DNA of 64,000 nucleotides from contig CAWGIE010000003.1 of the NCBI GenBank assembly GCA_963822585.1, positions 35,472 through 99,471 on the forward strand, given 5' to 3'. Origin of the DNA: an uncultured bacterium (lineage in GTDB: Bacteria; Auribacterota; Erginobacteria; Erginobacterales; Erginobacteraceae). The number at the start of each line of letters is the position of its first letter. Positions within the stretch are counted from its first letter, which is position 1. The translations under genes were made by a program, and so were the position numbers. Shown in pieces: positions 32,701-45,563 of this stretch. The notes beneath the pieces were generated by a model that saw only the letters and a list, made by a program, of their open reading frames with translations, was not told the origin of the DNA and did not search any database.

Positions 32701-34368
32701 CGCCGGGTCAAGGCCCTGATGGAAGAAGGAGACGTGGGTATCCCCATCAGTGAGAGGATACAGGGCCGGGTCAGCCAGGAGACGGTGAAAGGCCGATCCG
32801 GTAAAGTCATTGTGAAGCGGGGGCAGGAGATCACTGCCGCCCTCGCCCGGGAGATAGAGGATAACGGTGTCGAGAGCATCCGGATTCGTTCCGTGCTGAC
32901 CTGCGAGGCCCCGGAAGGGGTGTGCTCCGTCTGTTATGGCCGGAATCTGGCCAACCAGAGAATGAGCAGCCTGGGCGACGCGGTGGGAATCATCGCCGCC
33001 CAGTCCATCGGCGAGCCGGGCACCCAGCTCACCATGCGTACCTTCCACATCGGGGGCACGGCCAGCATCTTTACCCGGCAACCTGAATATGTGGCCGGGC
33101 AGGAAGGGGTGATCAGATACAGTCAGCATCTGGAGACCGTCAGAGGAGAGGAGGGAAAATTCCTGGTCCTGAAATCCGGCGGTGCCATCTCCCTCTTCGA
33201 CGACGCGGAGAAGGAGCTGACCCATTATAAAGTCGAGGTCGGCTCCGAGCTTTTCGTTGTCGATGGCCAGAAGGTGAAGCAGGGAGAGCTGCTCGTCAGG
33301 TGGGATCCCCACAGCACGCCTATTTTGAGCGGTTCTAAGGGGCTTGTTCAGTATGTGGACATCATTGAAGGCCAGACGATGAAGGTCCAGCGGGCGAAGA
33401 ACAGGATCGAGCGGGTTATACAGTCCATGACCGGACATGAGCTCCATCCCCAGATAAATATTGTGGATGCCAAAAACCCCGAGCGTATCCTGGAGCCCCA
33501 TCTGATTCCGTCGGGGGCCATCATCGAGGTCGAAGACGGCGCTCTTATCGCGGCCGGAGGCAGGATTGCCCGTACCCCCCGGAAACTCACCAAGACCGAG
33601 GATATCACCGGCGGTCTCCCTCGGGTGGCCGAGCTTTTCGAAGCACGCCGTCCCAAAGACGCCGCTACGATCGCCCAGATCAGCGGTCAGGTGGAGTTCG
33701 GACCCCGGAAACGGGGTAAGCTCACGCTCCTGGTGAAAGACCCCAAGACGAAACGGGAGGAAGAACATCTTATCCCCCTGGGAACGCACATCATCGTTCA
33801 TGACGGCGAGAAGGTACAGAAAGGCCAGAAGCTGACTGACGGTCCAATTATTCTTCAGGAGATGCTTGATGTCAGCGGTATGGAGGGCCTCCAGGAATAT
33901 CTGATCGATGAGGTCCAAAAAGTATACAGCCTGCAGGGGGTCAAGATCAACGATAAGCATATCGAGACGATCGTGCGGCAGATGGTCAGCAAGGTCCAGG
34001 TGACCGACCCGGGCGATACCGATTTCCTCTACGATGAGCAGGTGGACCGGTTCACCTTTTTCAAAGAAAATGAACGGATCAAGGCCAGCGGACTATCAGG
34101 GACGGCTAAATCGAAAAATCTGCTCCTCGGCATCACCAAAGCATCTCTGGCTACCGAAAGTTTTATTTCCGCGGCCTCTTTCCAGGAGACGACCCGGATT
34201 CTGACCGATGCCGCCGCCGGGTCCAAGATTGATCCTCTCAAGGGATTCAAGGAAAATGTGATTATGGGACATCTGATCCCCGGGGGAGACGGACTGCCGC
34301 TGCTGAAGAGGCAGCATCTGATAGTATTAAAGGGGGAAGAAGAGGAAACGAAGGAACTGGCGGAGTGA
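29788..34368 (+). CDS. rpoC: RNA polymerase beta' subunit with a ~140-aa lineage-specific insert
   Basis: Zn finger, [22 protein letters not shown]; start at MDAKAV because the upstream ORF extension is a repeat. Confidence 0.98.
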   Translation: MDAKAVHLFGIESENIFDQVSIRIASPEAIRSWSYGEVKTPETINYRTFKPEKDGLFCEKIFGPTKDWECACGKYKRIKHKGVVCDRCGVEVTLSSVRRERMGVIELAVPVSHIWFLKSAPSRIGNVLGLSTRVLESVIYYENYIIVNPGKMNVRDKYDYVKTGVKCSTLNGGTCAKQLLTEEEYHTHVGRCDDEFEAMIGAEAVKNLLNCGKEIIRDIPPDDGEKEALAAQIERDYKKNVKVSGVFKPEELDNLFGEGTKEYLAGLSWGAPVEDITPEGIYQQTTGDKELARATTEYAAVYQNYEKMPSKGLEAAKKELEAQKAEYFNVYVSVLAKHMIKALEKLKIPVGEDLPRLASLLHRQLQQTRSKQMKKKLAKRLRIVNNFLTSETRPEWMILNAIPVIPPDLRPLVPLEGGRFATSDLNDLYRRVINRNNRLKSILQLKTPDVIVRNEKRMLQEAVDALFDNGRQGRAVLGAGNRPLKSLSDNLKGKQGRFRQNLLGKRVDYSGRSVIVIGPELKLNQCGLPKEMALELFEPFIIHRLKELGYVHTIRSAKKMIEKQEKQVWDVLDEVIQDHPVLLNRAPTLHRLGIQAFDPILVEGKAIRIHPLVCTAFNADFDGDQMAVHVPLSNEAQLEARLLMYAPNNIFSPASGEPIANPTQDIALGCYYLTRSAPGDSGASKPFADEDEVLLALAEKAITLHQRIKVRGITEQLIENDDKGAPLSSAEWVDYTTAGRVIFNQIFPDQIDFINKQVGKKDLSEIVSNCYSIVGHEETVHILDRIKDMGFESATWSGLSLGMKDMVKPKEKEDIIKKANKEVAAGNRSYEAGKITSQENYNKKLDIWSRASRDLSTLVFEELRKDGEPGLNPLYMMMDSGARGSMDQIQQIAGMRGLMAKPSGDIIEYPIVANFREGLSVLEYFISTHGARKGLADTALKTADSGYLTRRLVDVAQDVIVSMEDCGTFKGRRVKALMEEGDVGIPISERIQGRVSQETVKGRSGKVIVKRGQEITAALAREIEDNGVESIRIRSVLTCEAPEGVCSVCYGRNLANQRMSSLGDAVGIIAAQSIGEPGTQLTMRTFHIGGTASIFTRQPEYVAGQEGVIRYSQHLETVRGEEGKFLVLKSGGAISLFDDAEKELTHYKVEVGSELFVVDGQKVKQGELLVRWDPHSTPILSGSKGLVQYVDIIEGQTMKVQRAKNRIERVIQSMTGHELHPQINIVDAKNPERILEPHLIPSGAIIEVEDGALIAAGGRIARTPRKLTKTEDITGGLPRVAELFEARRPKDAATIAQISGQVEFGPRKRGKLTLLVKDPKTKREEEHLIPLGTHIIVHDGEKVQKGQKLTDGPIILQEMLDVSGMEGLQEYLIDEVQKVYSLQGVKINDKHIETIVRQMVSKVQVTDPGDTDFLYDEQVDRFTFFKENERIKASGLSGTAKSKNLLLGITKASLATESFISAASFQETTRILTDAAAGSKIDPLKGFKENVIMGHLIPGGDGLPLLKRQHLIVLKGEEEETKELAE

Positions 34369-34474
34369 ACCGATTGCTGATCGCCCGGGCGGGCGGCCAT
34401 CATTCAGGTTAGTTTTTCATCATACCGAAAGGTATGTCATTGGCAATGGAAACATAAAATGAGGTTTGACGATT

Positions 34475-34867
34475 ATGCCGACAGTAAATCAATTAGTGCG
34501 CCGGGGAAGGAAACGCCCGGTGAAAAAGAAGAAAGCTCCGGCCCTGGATAAATGCCCGCAGCGAAGGGGTGTCTGCCTGCAGGTCAAAACGGCCACGCCC
34601 AAAAAGCCGAATTCGGCCCTGCGGAAAATCGCCCGAGTCCGGCTGACCAATAACATGGAAATCACCGCCTATATCCCCGGTGTCGGGCATAACCTCCAGG
34701 AGCACTCTCTGGTCCTGGTACGGGGGGGACGGGTAAAGGATTTACCGGGTGTCCGTTACCATATCGTCCGCGGTGCGCTCGATTGCATGGGGGTGGAGGG
34801 CGACAAAGAAGGACGTCCCCGGGCCCGCAGTCGTTCCCACTATGGGGTCAAGAAGGTCAAAAAGTAA
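34475..34867 (+). CDS. rpsL: 30S ribosomal protein S12
   Basis: [24 protein letters not shown]. Confidence 0.98.
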   Translation: MPTVNQLVRRGRKRPVKKKKAPALDKCPQRRGVCLQVKTATPKKPNSALRKIARVRLTNNMEITAYIPGVGHNLQEHSLVLVRGGRVKDLPGVRYHIVRGALDCMGVEGDKEGRPRARSRSHYGVKKVKK

Positions 34868-35013
34868 TAAAAATTAGCCACCAAGGCACAAAGGCACCAA
34901 GAAAAAATAAAAAAAGTAAAATACTCACCTTATTTAATTTTTCTTGGTGTCTTGGTGTCTTAGTGGCAAAAGTTACGAGCACAGCGAGCTAATTTTTTAG
35001 GAGGATATACATA

Positions 35014-35484
35014 ATGGGACGCAAGAAAAAATCCATCCAACGCGGCCTTTCGCCTGACCCGCGGTTTCACAGCGAACTGGTCTCGCGTTTTATCAATAAT
35101 CTCATGCACGCTGGAGAAAAGAACGTTGCCGAGCGCATATTCTACCAGGCAATGGATATAGTCGAGGAGCGCAGCGGCCAGGAACCAATGGAGGTATTTC
35201 AGAAGGCACTTGAGAATGTCAAACCGTTCCTGGAAGTCCGTTCCCGGCGGGTCGGAGGAGCTACCTATCAGGTGCCGGTTGAGATCTCGCAAGACCGCCG
35301 GACGGCCCTTGCTATCCGTTGGCTGTTAAGTTTCAGCCGGGCCCGGAAAGGGATGCCTTTCAGTCAGAAACTGGCGGCGGAACTGATGGACGCCTACCAG
35401 AACCAGGGCTCGGCCGTCAAAAAAAAGCAGAATACTCATAAAATGGCGGAAGCCAATAAAGCCTTCGCGCATTATAAGTGGTAA
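35014..35484 (+). CDS. rpsG: 30S ribosomal protein S7
   Basis: RRVGGATYQVP, MAEANKAFAHY. Confidence 0.98.
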   Translation: MGRKKKSIQRGLSPDPRFHSELVSRFINNLMHAGEKNVAERIFYQAMDIVEERSGQEPMEVFQKALENVKPFLEVRSRRVGGATYQVPVEISQDRRTALAIRWLLSFSRARKGMPFSQKLAAELMDAYQNQGSAVKKKQNTHKMAEANKAFAHYKW

Positions 35485-35631
35485 CGCGGAACCAGAACGG
35501 AGGAAAGGAATAGTGGAAGTGTTGATGTGTTTTTGGTAACACCAGCTCACCGGCCCGGAACTGGGGCCGCTCTCTCCCCCCGACTCACACCGCTCCAGTC
35601 ATTTATTTCTCCGCTATTTCAGGCGCCTGAC

Positions 35632-37674
35632 ATGCATGACCTTTCGCTCAATAAAATCAGAAACATCGGGATCATGGCTCACATCGATGCCGGCAAAACC
35701 ACCACCACCGAGCGAATTCTCTTCTACACCGGCAAGGTGTATCGAATCGGCGCAGTTGATGAAGGAACGGCCAGCATGGACTGGATGGAGCAGGAACAGG
35801 AAAGAGGGATTACCATTACCTCGGCGGCGACCTCTTGTTACTGGAAAAAACACCGGATCACCATCATAGACACTCCCGGTCACGTTGATTTCACTGCTGA
35901 AGTCGAACGCTGTCTTCGGGTTCTTGACGGTGCAGTGGCGGTTTTCTGTGCGGTGGGGGGAGTGGAACCGCAGTCGGAGACGGTATGGCATCAGGCCGAT
36001 CGGTACGGAATCCCCCGGATCGCTTTTGTTAACAAGATGGACCGCGCCGGCGCCGATTTTTTTGCCGTGGTGGAAGCCATGAAGAATAAACTGGGCTGCG
36101 TGGCCGTTCCGATCCAGATCCCCTGGGGGGGGGAAGAGACATTTTGCGGCGTGATCGATTTTGTCAACGGCCAGGCGATCTCCTTTCCTCTGACGGAGGC
36201 AGGGGGAGAGCCATCCCGCGGTCCGATTCCGGATGAATTACGGGATTCCGCCGAAAGGCATCGTAATCTTCTCCTGGAGGCGCTGGCGGAGCACGACGAT
36301 GAGCTGTTAACGGATTACCTGGAAGGAAGAAAGATCGGGCCGACCAAGATCAAGGAAGTGCTTCGGCGATGTGTTATCTCGGGGAAGCTGGTACCGGTTC
36401 TTTGCGGCGCGTCGCTTCGGAACATCGGCGCCCAGCCACTGATGGATGCAATAATCGATTTTCTTCCCTCCCCTCTGGATGTGCCGCCGATCCGGGTCTT
36501 CGACCGGGAGGGGAATGAGGATCTGCGCACTCCGGATCCCAAAGGACCCCTTACCGCCCTGGTTTTTAAAATTGTCAGTGACGATTACTGCGGAAAGCTT
36601 GTTTACATACGGATCTATTGCGGCACCCTGCAACAAGGCGAAAAGATTTTAAACGCATCGAACCGGCGCAAGGAAAGAATCAGCCGGATACTGGAGATGC
36701 ACGCCAACCGGCGCGAGGAACGCCAGGAAATAGGCCCCGGGGAGATCGCGGCAGTGGTTGGCTTGGAGCGCGTCGGCACCGGTGACACGATTACCGAGAT
36801 CGCCTCACCGGTTCTACTGGAGGGAATGCGTTTCGCGGAGCCGGTCATATCCATGGCCGTCGAACCGCACAGCCCTGCGGAATCCGAGAAGATGGAGGAA
36901 GTCCTGGGCAAGCTTTCCGAAGAAGATCCGACCTTCAAACTGCGCAAGGATGACGAGACGGGTCAGACAATCATCGCCGGGATGGGGGAACTTCATCTCC
37001 AGGTTATGATTGAGAGAGCACTCAGGGAGTTCTCAATCCGGATGAGGATGGGAACCCCCAGTGTCGCTTACCGGGAAACAGTTGAGGAGCGAAAACGAGG
37101 TGAGAACAAGTTTGCCCGGCAGACCGGCGGCAGGATGCAGTACGCCCACGTGATTCTTGACGTTAACCCGGCGCCCCGCGGATTCGGTTTCCAGATCAAA
37201 GAGGCGGTGAAAACCTCGGAAATCCCGGCTGATTTTATCCCCGCGGTCCGGGAGGGGATTGAAGACGCCGCCCGCACCGGTTACATTGCCGGCTATCCGA
37301 TGATCGACATGATTGTGACTATTACCGGAGGAAGTTATCATGAGACTGATTCGACGGAGCTCGCTTTTCGAGCCGCCGCTTCGATCGCTTTCAAGGACGC
37401 GGTGAGAAAAGCCGGACCGATTCTGCTGGAACCGATAATGAGTCTTCAAGTAATAACCCCCCCGGAATGTCTCGGCGGGATCATAGCCGATATCGGGGCT
37501 CGTCGGGGCAAGATCTGCGAAACCATGAAGAACCCGAAAAGAGTGGTTGTCCGAAGCCTGGTCCCTTTGGCCGAACTTTTCGGATACGCGACCGCGCTCA
37601 GGTCTCTGACCCAGGGCCGCGGCAGCTATACCATGGAACCGGCGTACTTCGATATTAAAATGTCCGGTCACTGA
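35632..37674 (+). CDS. fusA: Elongation factor G
   Basis: [33 protein letters not shown]; start at MHDLS. Confidence 0.96.
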   Translation: MHDLSLNKIRNIGIMAHIDAGKTTTTERILFYTGKVYRIGAVDEGTASMDWMEQEQERGITITSAATSCYWKKHRITIIDTPGHVDFTAEVERCLRVLDGAVAVFCAVGGVEPQSETVWHQADRYGIPRIAFVNKMDRAGADFFAVVEAMKNKLGCVAVPIQIPWGGEETFCGVIDFVNGQAISFPLTEAGGEPSRGPIPDELRDSAERHRNLLLEALAEHDDELLTDYLEGRKIGPTKIKEVLRRCVISGKLVPVLCGASLRNIGAQPLMDAIIDFLPSPLDVPPIRVFDREGNEDLRTPDPKGPLTALVFKIVSDDYCGKLVYIRIYCGTLQQGEKILNASNRRKERISRILEMHANRREERQEIGPGEIAAVVGLERVGTGDTITEIASPVLLEGMRFAEPVISMAVEPHSPAESEKMEEVLGKLSEEDPTFKLRKDDETGQTIIAGMGELHLQVMIERALREFSIRMRMGTPSVAYRETVEERKRGENKFARQTGGRMQYAHVILDVNPAPRGFGFQIKEAVKTSEIPADFIPAVREGIEDAARTGYIAGYPMIDMIVTITGGSYHETDSTELAFRAAASIAFKDAVRKAGPILLEPIMSLQVITPPECLGGIIADIGARRGKICETMKNPKRVVVRSLVPLAELFGYATALRSLTQGRGSYTMEPAYFDIKMSGH

Positions 37675-37710
37675 AACGCCCGCGGGGCGTTTCAGTGACC
37701 GGACATTTTA
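37656..37710. repeat. Perfect 26-bp inverted repeat overlapping the fusA stop codon
   Basis: TAAAATGTCCGGTCACTGAAACGCCC-GCG-GGGCGTTTCAGTGACCGGACATTTTA. Confidence 0.9.
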
Positions 37711-37900
37711 GTGGCGAATATTTTTCCTTCGGAAAAATATTCTTAAAAGCAAAAGCCAACATCAAACTATCAGGCAATGGCATAAGGAAGAATATTAAAA
37801 TTTTTAGAGGAATATTATCCTGAAAATAATTAATCACGGGGCGATGGAATAAGAAAAGGCAGGGCGAGGGGAAGAGATAGCAGATTCAATGCTTTTCCGT

Positions 37901-38017
37901 TTTTATTTTCCTCCCGGAATGTTCTATTTCGCCGGGGGCAGACAGTGTAAGATTCGAGAGAACGTTAACATAGAGAATACCTGAAAAATCTACAGAACAT
38001 TCCGGGAGGAAAATAAA

Positions 38018-38018
<1 letters not shown>
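37901..38018 (+). promoter_or_regulatory. 25-bp perfect inverted repeat covering the second tuf Shine-Dalgarno sequence
   Basis: TTTTATTTTCCTCCCGGAATGTTCT (37901-37925) / AGAACATTCCGGGAGGAAAATAAAA (37994-38018); function inferred. Confidence 0.7.
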
Positions 38019-39214
<1,196 letters not shown>

Positions 39215-39411
39215 ATTATTTTGAAAAAGCACCGGTGCAACATTGCCGGGTTATTGAAAAATAAAATTCATGTAGTTATTCCGCCACAAAGTTTAATCGG
39301 GATGATCTCGATAAAAATGTTCTGCTTATGAAATTTAATCATTGCCACAATAGCGCGATTTTTGATACATTATACGGTTTTATGATAATTGGGTGTCGGT
39401 GTGTCAAAATA

Positions 39412-39435
39412 AGCGCCCGTCGGCGCTCTTTTTTT
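39412..39435 (+). terminator. Terminator-like hairpin in the S10 leader
   Basis: AGCGCC-CGTC-GGCGCT followed by CTTTTTTT. Confidence 0.5.
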
Positions 39436-39514
39436 AAATATATTATTTCAGCGGTACAGTAATAGTTATACAACTTTTGGTCTACGGATGATGTATGCTT
39501 AATAAGGGGTAATT

Positions 39515-39823
39515 GTGCAAGGACAACGAATCAGAATCAAGTTACGAGGCTACGATTTTCGTCTCCTCGATCAGTCAACCAATGATATCGTGGAGACGGC
39601 CCGAAGGACGGGAGCCAAGGTTGTCGGCCCCATTCCCCTGCCCACCCGGAGAGAACGCTTTACTGTTTTGAGGTCTCCCCACGTCAACAAAAAAGCACGG
39701 GAACAGTTCGAAATCCGGACCCATAAACGTCTGATGGACATCGTCGATCCTACCGCCAAGACGGTCGATGAATTGAAAAAACTCGAACTGCCGGCCGGTG
39801 TGGAAATTCATCTGGAAATCTGA
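39515..39823 (+). CDS. rpsJ: 30S ribosomal protein S10
   Basis: [26 protein letters not shown] start. Confidence 0.98.
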   Translation: MQGQRIRIKLRGYDFRLLDQSTNDIVETARRTGAKVVGPIPLPTRRERFTVLRSPHVNKKAREQFEIRTHKRLMDIVDPTAKTVDELKKLELPAGVEIHLEI

Positions 39824-39834
39824 GGGTGTGGGAG

Positions 39835-40452
39835 ATGGCTGGATTGATAGGAAGAAAAATTGGTATGACCCAGGTCTTCGCGGCGAATGGCGATGTTGTG
39901 CCGGTCACCGTCATTCAGGCCGGCCCCTGCAGCGTTCTGGAAGTGCTTCAGGAAAAAGGCGCCCTGAAAATCGGGTTTGAGGAGATCGCGGAAGACCGCT
40001 TGAAAAAGCCCCAGCAAGGTTACTTCAGGAAAATCGGCCGCCCCTGCCGCCGATACGTCAGGGAAATCAAGTTCGCCGACGCCGCGACCTATCAGCCCGG
40101 TCAGGAGTTGCGGGCTGATCTTTTCAAAGAAGGTGAATACATTGATATCACGGGGAAGTCCAAGGGCCGCGGTTTCACCGGGATGGTAAAGCGGTGGGGC
40201 GCCTCCCGTTTTCCGTCTAGCCACGGGCATCCCAAGCAGAGGCTTCCCGGCTCACAGGGCTGCTCGGCTACACCGGGCCGTGTCCGCAAGGGTAAACATC
40301 TGCCCGGTCGTTCCGGTGGAGTGAAAAAGACCATACAGCATCTGGTAGTAGTCCAGGTCCGCCCCGAGGAGAACCTCCTCATGGTGAAAGGAGCGGTGCC
40401 GGGGCCACGGACCGGCCTACTGCTGCTGCGCCAAGCGATTAAAAAAGCATAG
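39835..40452 (+). CDS. rplC: 50S ribosomal protein L3
   Basis: GRKIGMTQ, SKGRGFTG, KGAVPG. Confidence 0.97.
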   Translation: MAGLIGRKIGMTQVFAANGDVVPVTVIQAGPCSVLEVLQEKGALKIGFEEIAEDRLKKPQQGYFRKIGRPCRRYVREIKFADAATYQPGQELRADLFKEGEYIDITGKSKGRGFTGMVKRWGASRFPSSHGHPKQRLPGSQGCSATPGRVRKGKHLPGRSGGVKKTIQHLVVVQVRPEENLLMVKGAVPGPRTGLLLLRQAIKKA

Positions 40453-40454
40453 TC

Positions 40455-41087
40455 ATGGCTGCGATAGAAATTATTAATAAAAAAGGCGCGCGGATCGATG
40501 AGGTTGATCTGCCGGATTCACTCTTTGAAGTCGCCGGGAGTACCGGGATCATCCAGGATGTTATCCGCCAGCACGCCGCCCGCGTCCGGCGGGGGACGGC
40601 CTCGGTGAAGAATCGTTCACAAGTCTCCGCCAGCGGCCGCAAGCCCTGGCGCCAGAAAGGCACTGGCCGCGCCCGGGCGGGCAGCAGGAACAGCCCGATC
40701 TGGCGTGGTGGCGGCGTGATCTTCGGTCCCCAGCCCCGATCGTTCGGGTTCACGATCCCCAAAAAGGTCAAGCGCAAGGCGCTGAGGTCCATGCTCGCCA
40801 TCAGGTTCCAGAAAGGTCAGATTCTGGTTATCGATGACTTGGAGCTGGAAGCTCCCCGTACAGGAGAATTGGCCGGTATTCTCAACGCGATCGGCGCCGA
40901 AGGAAGCGTGCTCATCATTACGGCCCGGCGGGACAAGAAGGTTGAGCTCTCTTCCCGGAATATTCCCCAGGTTACAGCCGTTGGGATCAGGGATTTGAAC
41001 ACCTTCGTGGTGGCCGCCCATCAGAAGATAGTTATCACCCGGGATGCGCTGGATCATCTGCAAGCCTGGATGGAGAAGATAACGTGA
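40455..41087 (+). CDS. rplD: 50S ribosomal protein L4
   Basis: KPWRQKGTGRAR, GGGVIFGP. Confidence 0.98.
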   Translation: MAAIEIINKKGARIDEVDLPDSLFEVAGSTGIIQDVIRQHAARVRRGTASVKNRSQVSASGRKPWRQKGTGRARAGSRNSPIWRGGGVIFGPQPRSFGFTIPKKVKRKALRSMLAIRFQKGQILVIDDLELEAPRTGELAGILNAIGAEGSVLIITARRDKKVELSSRNIPQVTAVGIRDLNTFVVAAHQKIVITRDALDHLQAWMEKIT

Positions 41088-41371
41088 ACGAGAACGAGGC
41101 CAGACAACTGATCATCAGTCCGGTTATCACGGAGAAAGGGACCGTCCTCCAGGAAAAAAACAACCAGTATCTTTTCCGCGTTCATCCCCGGGCGAATAAG
41201 ATTCAGATCCGTTCCGCGATTAAGAAAATTTTCAGCGTGAACGTGATCGAGGTCCGGACCATAACGGTCCATGGAAAAATGAGAAGGATCGGAAGGGCCG
41301 AAGGGCGCAAACCCAGTTGGAAGAAGGCCATTGTGACGCTGCAAGACGGCCAGACGATAGACCTGAGCTAG
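41084..41371 (+). CDS. rplW: 50S ribosomal protein L23
   Basis: PVITEK, WKKAIVTL. Confidence 0.97.
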   Translation: MNENEARQLIISPVITEKGTVLQEKNNQYLFRVHPRANKIQIRSAIKKIFSVNVIEVRTITVHGKMRRIGRAEGRKPSWKKAIVTLQDGQTIDLS

Positions 41372-41569
41372 TTCAGGCCGGTCAATCATAAAACATTGTA
41401 TGGTTATTAACGAGCGGAATAAAAGGCTGAATGGAATGTTGGAATAATGGAGTGATGGAGTGTCGGAAGCGATGTTCCCAGTACTCCACCACCCCACCAC
41501 TCCAGTACTCCATTACTCCTGATGGAATATTCTTGAGGTAATAAGAGTAAATAATAGCGATATATTAAT

Positions 41570-42394
41570 ATGACTATTAAGCATTATAAACCCTATACGC
41601 CGAGTCGCCGGTTTATGACCGGCTCCAGCTTCGAAGAGATTACGAAGAAGAAGCCCGAGAAGGCACTTCTCCGTCCGATGAATAAATCGGCGGGGAGAAA
41701 CAATCAAGGCCGGATCACCTCCCGCCGCCGCGGTGGCGGCCATAAAAGGCGCTACCGGATTATCGATTTCAAACAGGAGAAGTGGGGAATACCGGCCCGG
41801 GTTGCCGCCATCGAGTATGATCCGAACCGGTCGGCCCGGATCGCCCTCCTCTTCTACGCCGATGGCGAAAAGCGGTATATTCTCGCGCCGGCCGGCGTTC
41901 AGGTCGGGGAGACATTGATGTCCGGGCCCGAAGCGGAGATAAAAGTCGGCAACCGGCTGCCCCTGGACCGGATTCCGCTGGGTACCCCGGTTTATAATAT
42001 CGAACTGAAACCGGGGCGGGGCGGCGCCATGGTCAGAAGTGCCGGGACAACCGCTCAGTTCATGTCCCGGGAAGGGAAGTACGGCCATATCCGTCTCCCC
42101 TCGAGCGAAGTCCGGATAGTTCTGCTGACCTGTTCGGCGTCCATCGGCCAGGTGGGCAATTCCGAGCACAGCTCAATTACAGACGGCAAAGCCGGACGCA
42201 GTGTCTGGCGGGGTCGCCGCCCCAAGGTCCGGGGAGTGGCGATGAATCCGGTCGACCATCCAATGGGCGGCGGCGAGGGAAAGAGTTCCGGCGGACGTAA
42301 CCCGGTTTCTCCCTGGGGCAAACCCGCCAAAGGTGGAAATACGCGGAAAAAGAGCAAGTCGAAAAGGCATGTCGTAAAACCGCGGAAGAAATAA
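41570..42394 (+). CDS. rplB: 50S ribosomal protein L2
   Basis: [29 protein letters not shown]. Confidence 0.99.
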   Translation: MTIKHYKPYTPSRRFMTGSSFEEITKKKPEKALLRPMNKSAGRNNQGRITSRRRGGGHKRRYRIIDFKQEKWGIPARVAAIEYDPNRSARIALLFYADGEKRYILAPAGVQVGETLMSGPEAEIKVGNRLPLDRIPLGTPVYNIELKPGRGGAMVRSAGTTAQFMSREGKYGHIRLPSSEVRIVLLTCSASIGQVGNSEHSSITDGKAGRSVWRGRRPKVRGVAMNPVDHPMGGGEGKSSGGRNPVSPWGKPAKGGNTRKKSKSKRHVVKPRKK

Positions 42395-42565
42395 TCGTTA
42401 TTACTAAAAGATATATAATGAGGAAATGAAACATGGAATAATGGAGTGGTGGAATGATGGAGTAATGAGGGAGCGGCCTCCCCACACTCCAATATTCCAA
42501 CACTCCAATACTCCAGAACGTTGCCCGGAGCAAGGCGACGGGTAACGTTCTAAGGGGAATATGAT

Positions 42566-42847
42566 ATGGCGAGATCACTGAAAAAGGGGCCCTACGCGGA
42601 ACCGAGCCTGCTGCGGAAGATAGGGAAGAATCAAGACACCGGCAAGGCTATCAAGACCTGGTCCCGCCGCTCGGTTATCATGCCGGAGTTCGTGGGGCTT
42701 ACGTTTGCCGTTCATAACGGGAAGCGGTTCCTGCCGGTGTATGTGACTGAGAACATGGTCGGCCACAAACTGGGGGAATTCTCTCCCACCAGAACTTTCC
42801 GGAAACACGCCGGCGTCAAGTCGAAGGCGACTCCTCAGAAAAAGTAA
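42566..42847 (+). CDS. rpsS: 30S ribosomal protein S19
   Basis: RSLKKGP, TWSRRS, GHKLGEF. Confidence 0.98.
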   Translation: MARSLKKGPYAEPSLLRKIGKNQDTGKAIKTWSRRSVIMPEFVGLTFAVHNGKRFLPVYVTENMVGHKLGEFSPTRTFRKHAGVKSKATPQKK

Positions 42848-42856
42848 AGGTGAGTA

Positions 42857-43255
42857 ATGGAGGCACGAGCAGCAGCAAAGTATCTCAAGATTTCACCGCA
42901 TAAGGTCCGTCCGGTGATCAATCAGATCAGGAATTTTGCGGTGGAAGAAGCACTTGCCCGGTTGAATACGTCTCCCCGCAAAGCCGCCCGTCTCCTGGAG
43001 AAAGTGATACAGTCGGCCATGGCCAATCTGAAGGGAAAAGGCAAGGTCGATGAGAAATTGATCAGGATCAGGGAGATCTATGCCGATGAAGGCCCCCTGG
43101 TCCCCCCGTTTAAATATCGGGCCCGGGCCCGGGGGATGGCGAACCGGATCCGCAATCGGACCTGTCATATTACGGTGGTCGTCGCGGAGGCGGCCGCTTC
43201 AATCCCGAGCCGGGGAAAACCGTCTTCCCCGCCGGGGGAGCCTACGAAATCATAG
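42857..43255 (+). CDS. rplV: 50S ribosomal protein L22
   Basis: ISPHKVR, SAMAN, RARG...HITV. Confidence 0.95.
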   Translation: MEARAAAKYLKISPHKVRPVINQIRNFAVEEALARLNTSPRKAARLLEKVIQSAMANLKGKGKVDEKLIRIREIYADEGPLVPPFKYRARARGMANRIRNRTCHITVVVAEAAASIPSRGKPSSPPGEPTKS

Positions 43256-43265
43256 GAATCGTTTA

Positions 43266-43940
43266 ATGGGACAGAAAGTAAATCCAATCTCGTTCAGGAT
43301 CGGCTTCAACAAAGAGTGGAGTTCGCAATGGTACGCCTCCAAGAAAGATTTCGGAGATCTTCTTCTGGAGGACAACAAGCTGCGGCTTTACATCAAGAAG
43401 AAGTTCTATCATACCGGCATTTCCAAGATACAGATCTTTCGCCGGACCCCGGAAAAGGTGAGGATAAAAATATTTACCGCCCGCCCGGGGCTGGTGGTGG
43501 GTCGCCGAGGGGCTGCCATCGACAGCCTCCGGGAGGAGTTGAGAGGGCTGATCGATCGGGAAGTCATCATCGATATCAGCGATATTAAAAACCCCGAACT
43601 CGATGCCCAGCTGGTCGCGGAAAATGTCGCTCAGCAGCTGGTCCGGCGGATTTCCTTCCGCCGGGCAGTGAAGCGCTCGATCGCGGATACGCTGGCCCGC
43701 GGAGCCGAGGGGATCAAGATTCAGGTCTCAGGACGTCTGGGCGGCCGGGAAATGTGCCGGACGGAGAGTTACAAGAAAGGGAAAATCCCGCTTCAGACCT
43801 TACGCGCGGATATCGATTATGGCTTTGCCGAAGCCTTTACCACCTACGGCACGATCGGGGTGAAAACCTGGATCTACAAGGGGGAGAAGTTGACTGTCGG
43901 GGAGGAATCGAGCGATGGCTCTGATGCCAAAAAGGTCTAA
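43266..43940 (+). CDS. rpsC: 30S ribosomal protein S3
   Basis: [18 protein letters not shown]. Confidence 0.98.
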   Translation: MGQKVNPISFRIGFNKEWSSQWYASKKDFGDLLLEDNKLRLYIKKKFYHTGISKIQIFRRTPEKVRIKIFTARPGLVVGRRGAAIDSLREELRGLIDREVIIDISDIKNPELDAQLVAENVAQQLVRRISFRRAVKRSIADTLARGAEGIKIQVSGRLGGREMCRTESYKKGKIPLQTLRADIDYGFAEAFTTYGTIGVKTWIYKGEKLTVGEESSDGSDAKKV

Positions 43941-44340
43941 GTACCGCAAGTCACAGCGGGGCACGATTCCCCGTAAGGCGACTCGGGGAACGACCCTTGA
44001 ATTCGGGCAATACGGTCTCCAATCCCTGGCCGGGAGCTGGATGACCGCCAATCAGATCGAGGCGGTTCGCGTCGCCCTGACCAGGCATATCAAGCGGAAA
44101 GGCAAGATCTGGATCAGGATTTTCCCGCACAAGCCGGTCTCCAAGAAACCGGCGGAAACCAGGATGGGAAAAGGCAAAGGCAACCCGGAAATCTGGGTGG
44201 CCGTTGTGAAACCGGGCCAGATCCTGTATGAGATGGAAGGCGTCTCAGAATCCGTCGCCCGGGAAGCGATGCGGCTGGGAGCGTTCAAGATCCCGTTTCC
44301 CTGCCGTTTTATCGTGCGCGGGCAAATCAGTAGAGGATGA
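43915..44340 (+). CDS. rplP: 50S ribosomal protein L16
   Basis: ETRMGKGKG. Confidence 0.98.
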   Translation: MALMPKRSKYRKSQRGTIPRKATRGTTLEFGQYGLQSLAGSWMTANQIEAVRVALTRHIKRKGKIWIRIFPHKPVSKKPAETRMGKGKGNPEIWVAVVKPGQILYEMEGVSESVAREAMRLGAFKIPFPCRFIVRGQISRG

Positions 44341-44341
44341 G

Positions 44342-44536
44342 ATGAAAGCAAGTCAACTCAGAGAGATGACGCAGGAAGAACTCGAGCAGAAATACCGGGA
44401 TTTACGGGAAGAGCACTTCAAGCTTCGTTTCCAGGCCGGCTCCGAGCAGATTGAGAAGCCTCACCTGATCGGTGAAGCCCGGCGGGATATCGCCCGTATT
44501 TTGACCATAATGAGGGAACGAAAAAAGAAAGAATAA
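44342..44536 (+). CDS. rpmC: 50S ribosomal protein L29
   Basis: MKASQLR...RRDIARILT. Confidence 0.95.
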   Translation: MKASQLREMTQEELEQKYRDLREEHFKLRFQAGSEQIEKPHLIGEARRDIARILTIMRERKKKE

Positions 44537-44546
44537 GGCCACGGAT

Positions 44547-44822
44547 ATGAATACAGGCAGCGGCGAACGGAGCCGTCGGAAAGTGCGGCGGGGAACGGTA
44601 TGCGGCGACCGGATGGATAAAACCATCGTGGTTGAGATAATCCGGAAATACAGACATCCCCTCTATAAGAAGGTGGTTCGGAAGACGACCCGGTTCCACG
44701 CCCACGACGAAAAAAATCAGGCGAAAACCGGAGACGTTGTTGAGATTATGGAGTCGCGCCCCCTAAGTAAATTAAAGCGCTGGCGCCTGGTAAGGATCTT
44801 GAAGCAGGCACAGCCGGAGTAA
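44547..44822 (+). CDS. rpsQ: 30S ribosomal protein S17
   Basis: [22 protein letters not shown]. Confidence 0.97.
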   Translation: MNTGSGERSRRKVRRGTVCGDRMDKTIVVEIIRKYRHPLYKKVVRKTTRFHAHDEKNQAKTGDVVEIMESRPLSKLKRWRLVRILKQAQPE

Positions 44823-44865
44823 TCACCGGTCGGATAACCCCTTTCCGGGATACGGATACATACAG

Positions 44866-45234
44866 ATGATTCAGATGCGGACAATTTTAAAAGTAGCCGA
44901 TAATACCGGCGCCCGTCGGGCGGCATGTATCAAAGTCGTCGAGGCGGGAGGAAAGAGATACGCGGATATCGGCGATGTTATCGTTATGTCCATCAAGGAA
45001 TCCATCCCCACCGCCTCCGTCAAAAAAGGCGAGGTGGTCAAGGCGGTTGTCGTCCGCACCAAGAATGATATTCAACGCGCGGATGGGTCGGTTTTGAGGT
45101 TTAACGAGAACGCGGTGGTTATTATCGACAATCAGCGTAATCCCCGGGGAACAAGAATATTTGGCCCGGTCGCCCGCGAGCTTCGCGAGAAACAGTTCTT
45201 AAAGATCATCTCCCTGGCGCCGGAGGTATTGTAA
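44866..45234 (+). CDS. rplN: 50S ribosomal protein L14
   Basis: [18 protein letters not shown]. Confidence 0.98.
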   Translation: MIQMRTILKVADNTGARRAACIKVVEAGGKRYADIGDVIVMSIKESIPTASVKKGEVVKAVVVRTKNDIQRADGSVLRFNENAVVIIDNQRNPRGTRIFGPVARELREKQFLKIISLAPEVL

Positions 45235-45561
45235 ATGAAAGCGCGTATTAAAAAAGATGATATTGTAATCGCGATCGCGGGCAAGGATCGCTTCTCTCAA
45301 AAGACCGGGAAAGTTCTCCATGTTGACAGGAAAGCCGGGACGGTGATCGTTCAGGGGCTTAATTTCGTGAAAAGACACACCAAGCCCTCTCAGCAAAACC
45401 AGAAGGGCGGCATTGTCGAGAAAGAAGCCCCGATCGCTCTCTCCAACGTCATGCCGTACTGTCCCTCATCGAAGAAAGGTACCCGGATCGGTATCAAGAT
45501 TTTAAAAGACGGAACCAAGGTCCGGTATTCAAAAAAGTCCGGCGAAATACTGGATAAGTAA
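45235..45561 (+). CDS. rplX: 50S ribosomal protein L24
   Basis: IAGKD, GGIVEKEAPI. Confidence 0.97.
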   Translation: MKARIKKDDIVIAIAGKDRFSQKTGKVLHVDRKAGTVIVQGLNFVKRHTKPSQQNQKGGIVEKEAPIALSNVMPYCPSSKKGTRIGIKILKDGTKVRYSKKSGEILDK

Positions 45562-45563
45562 TC

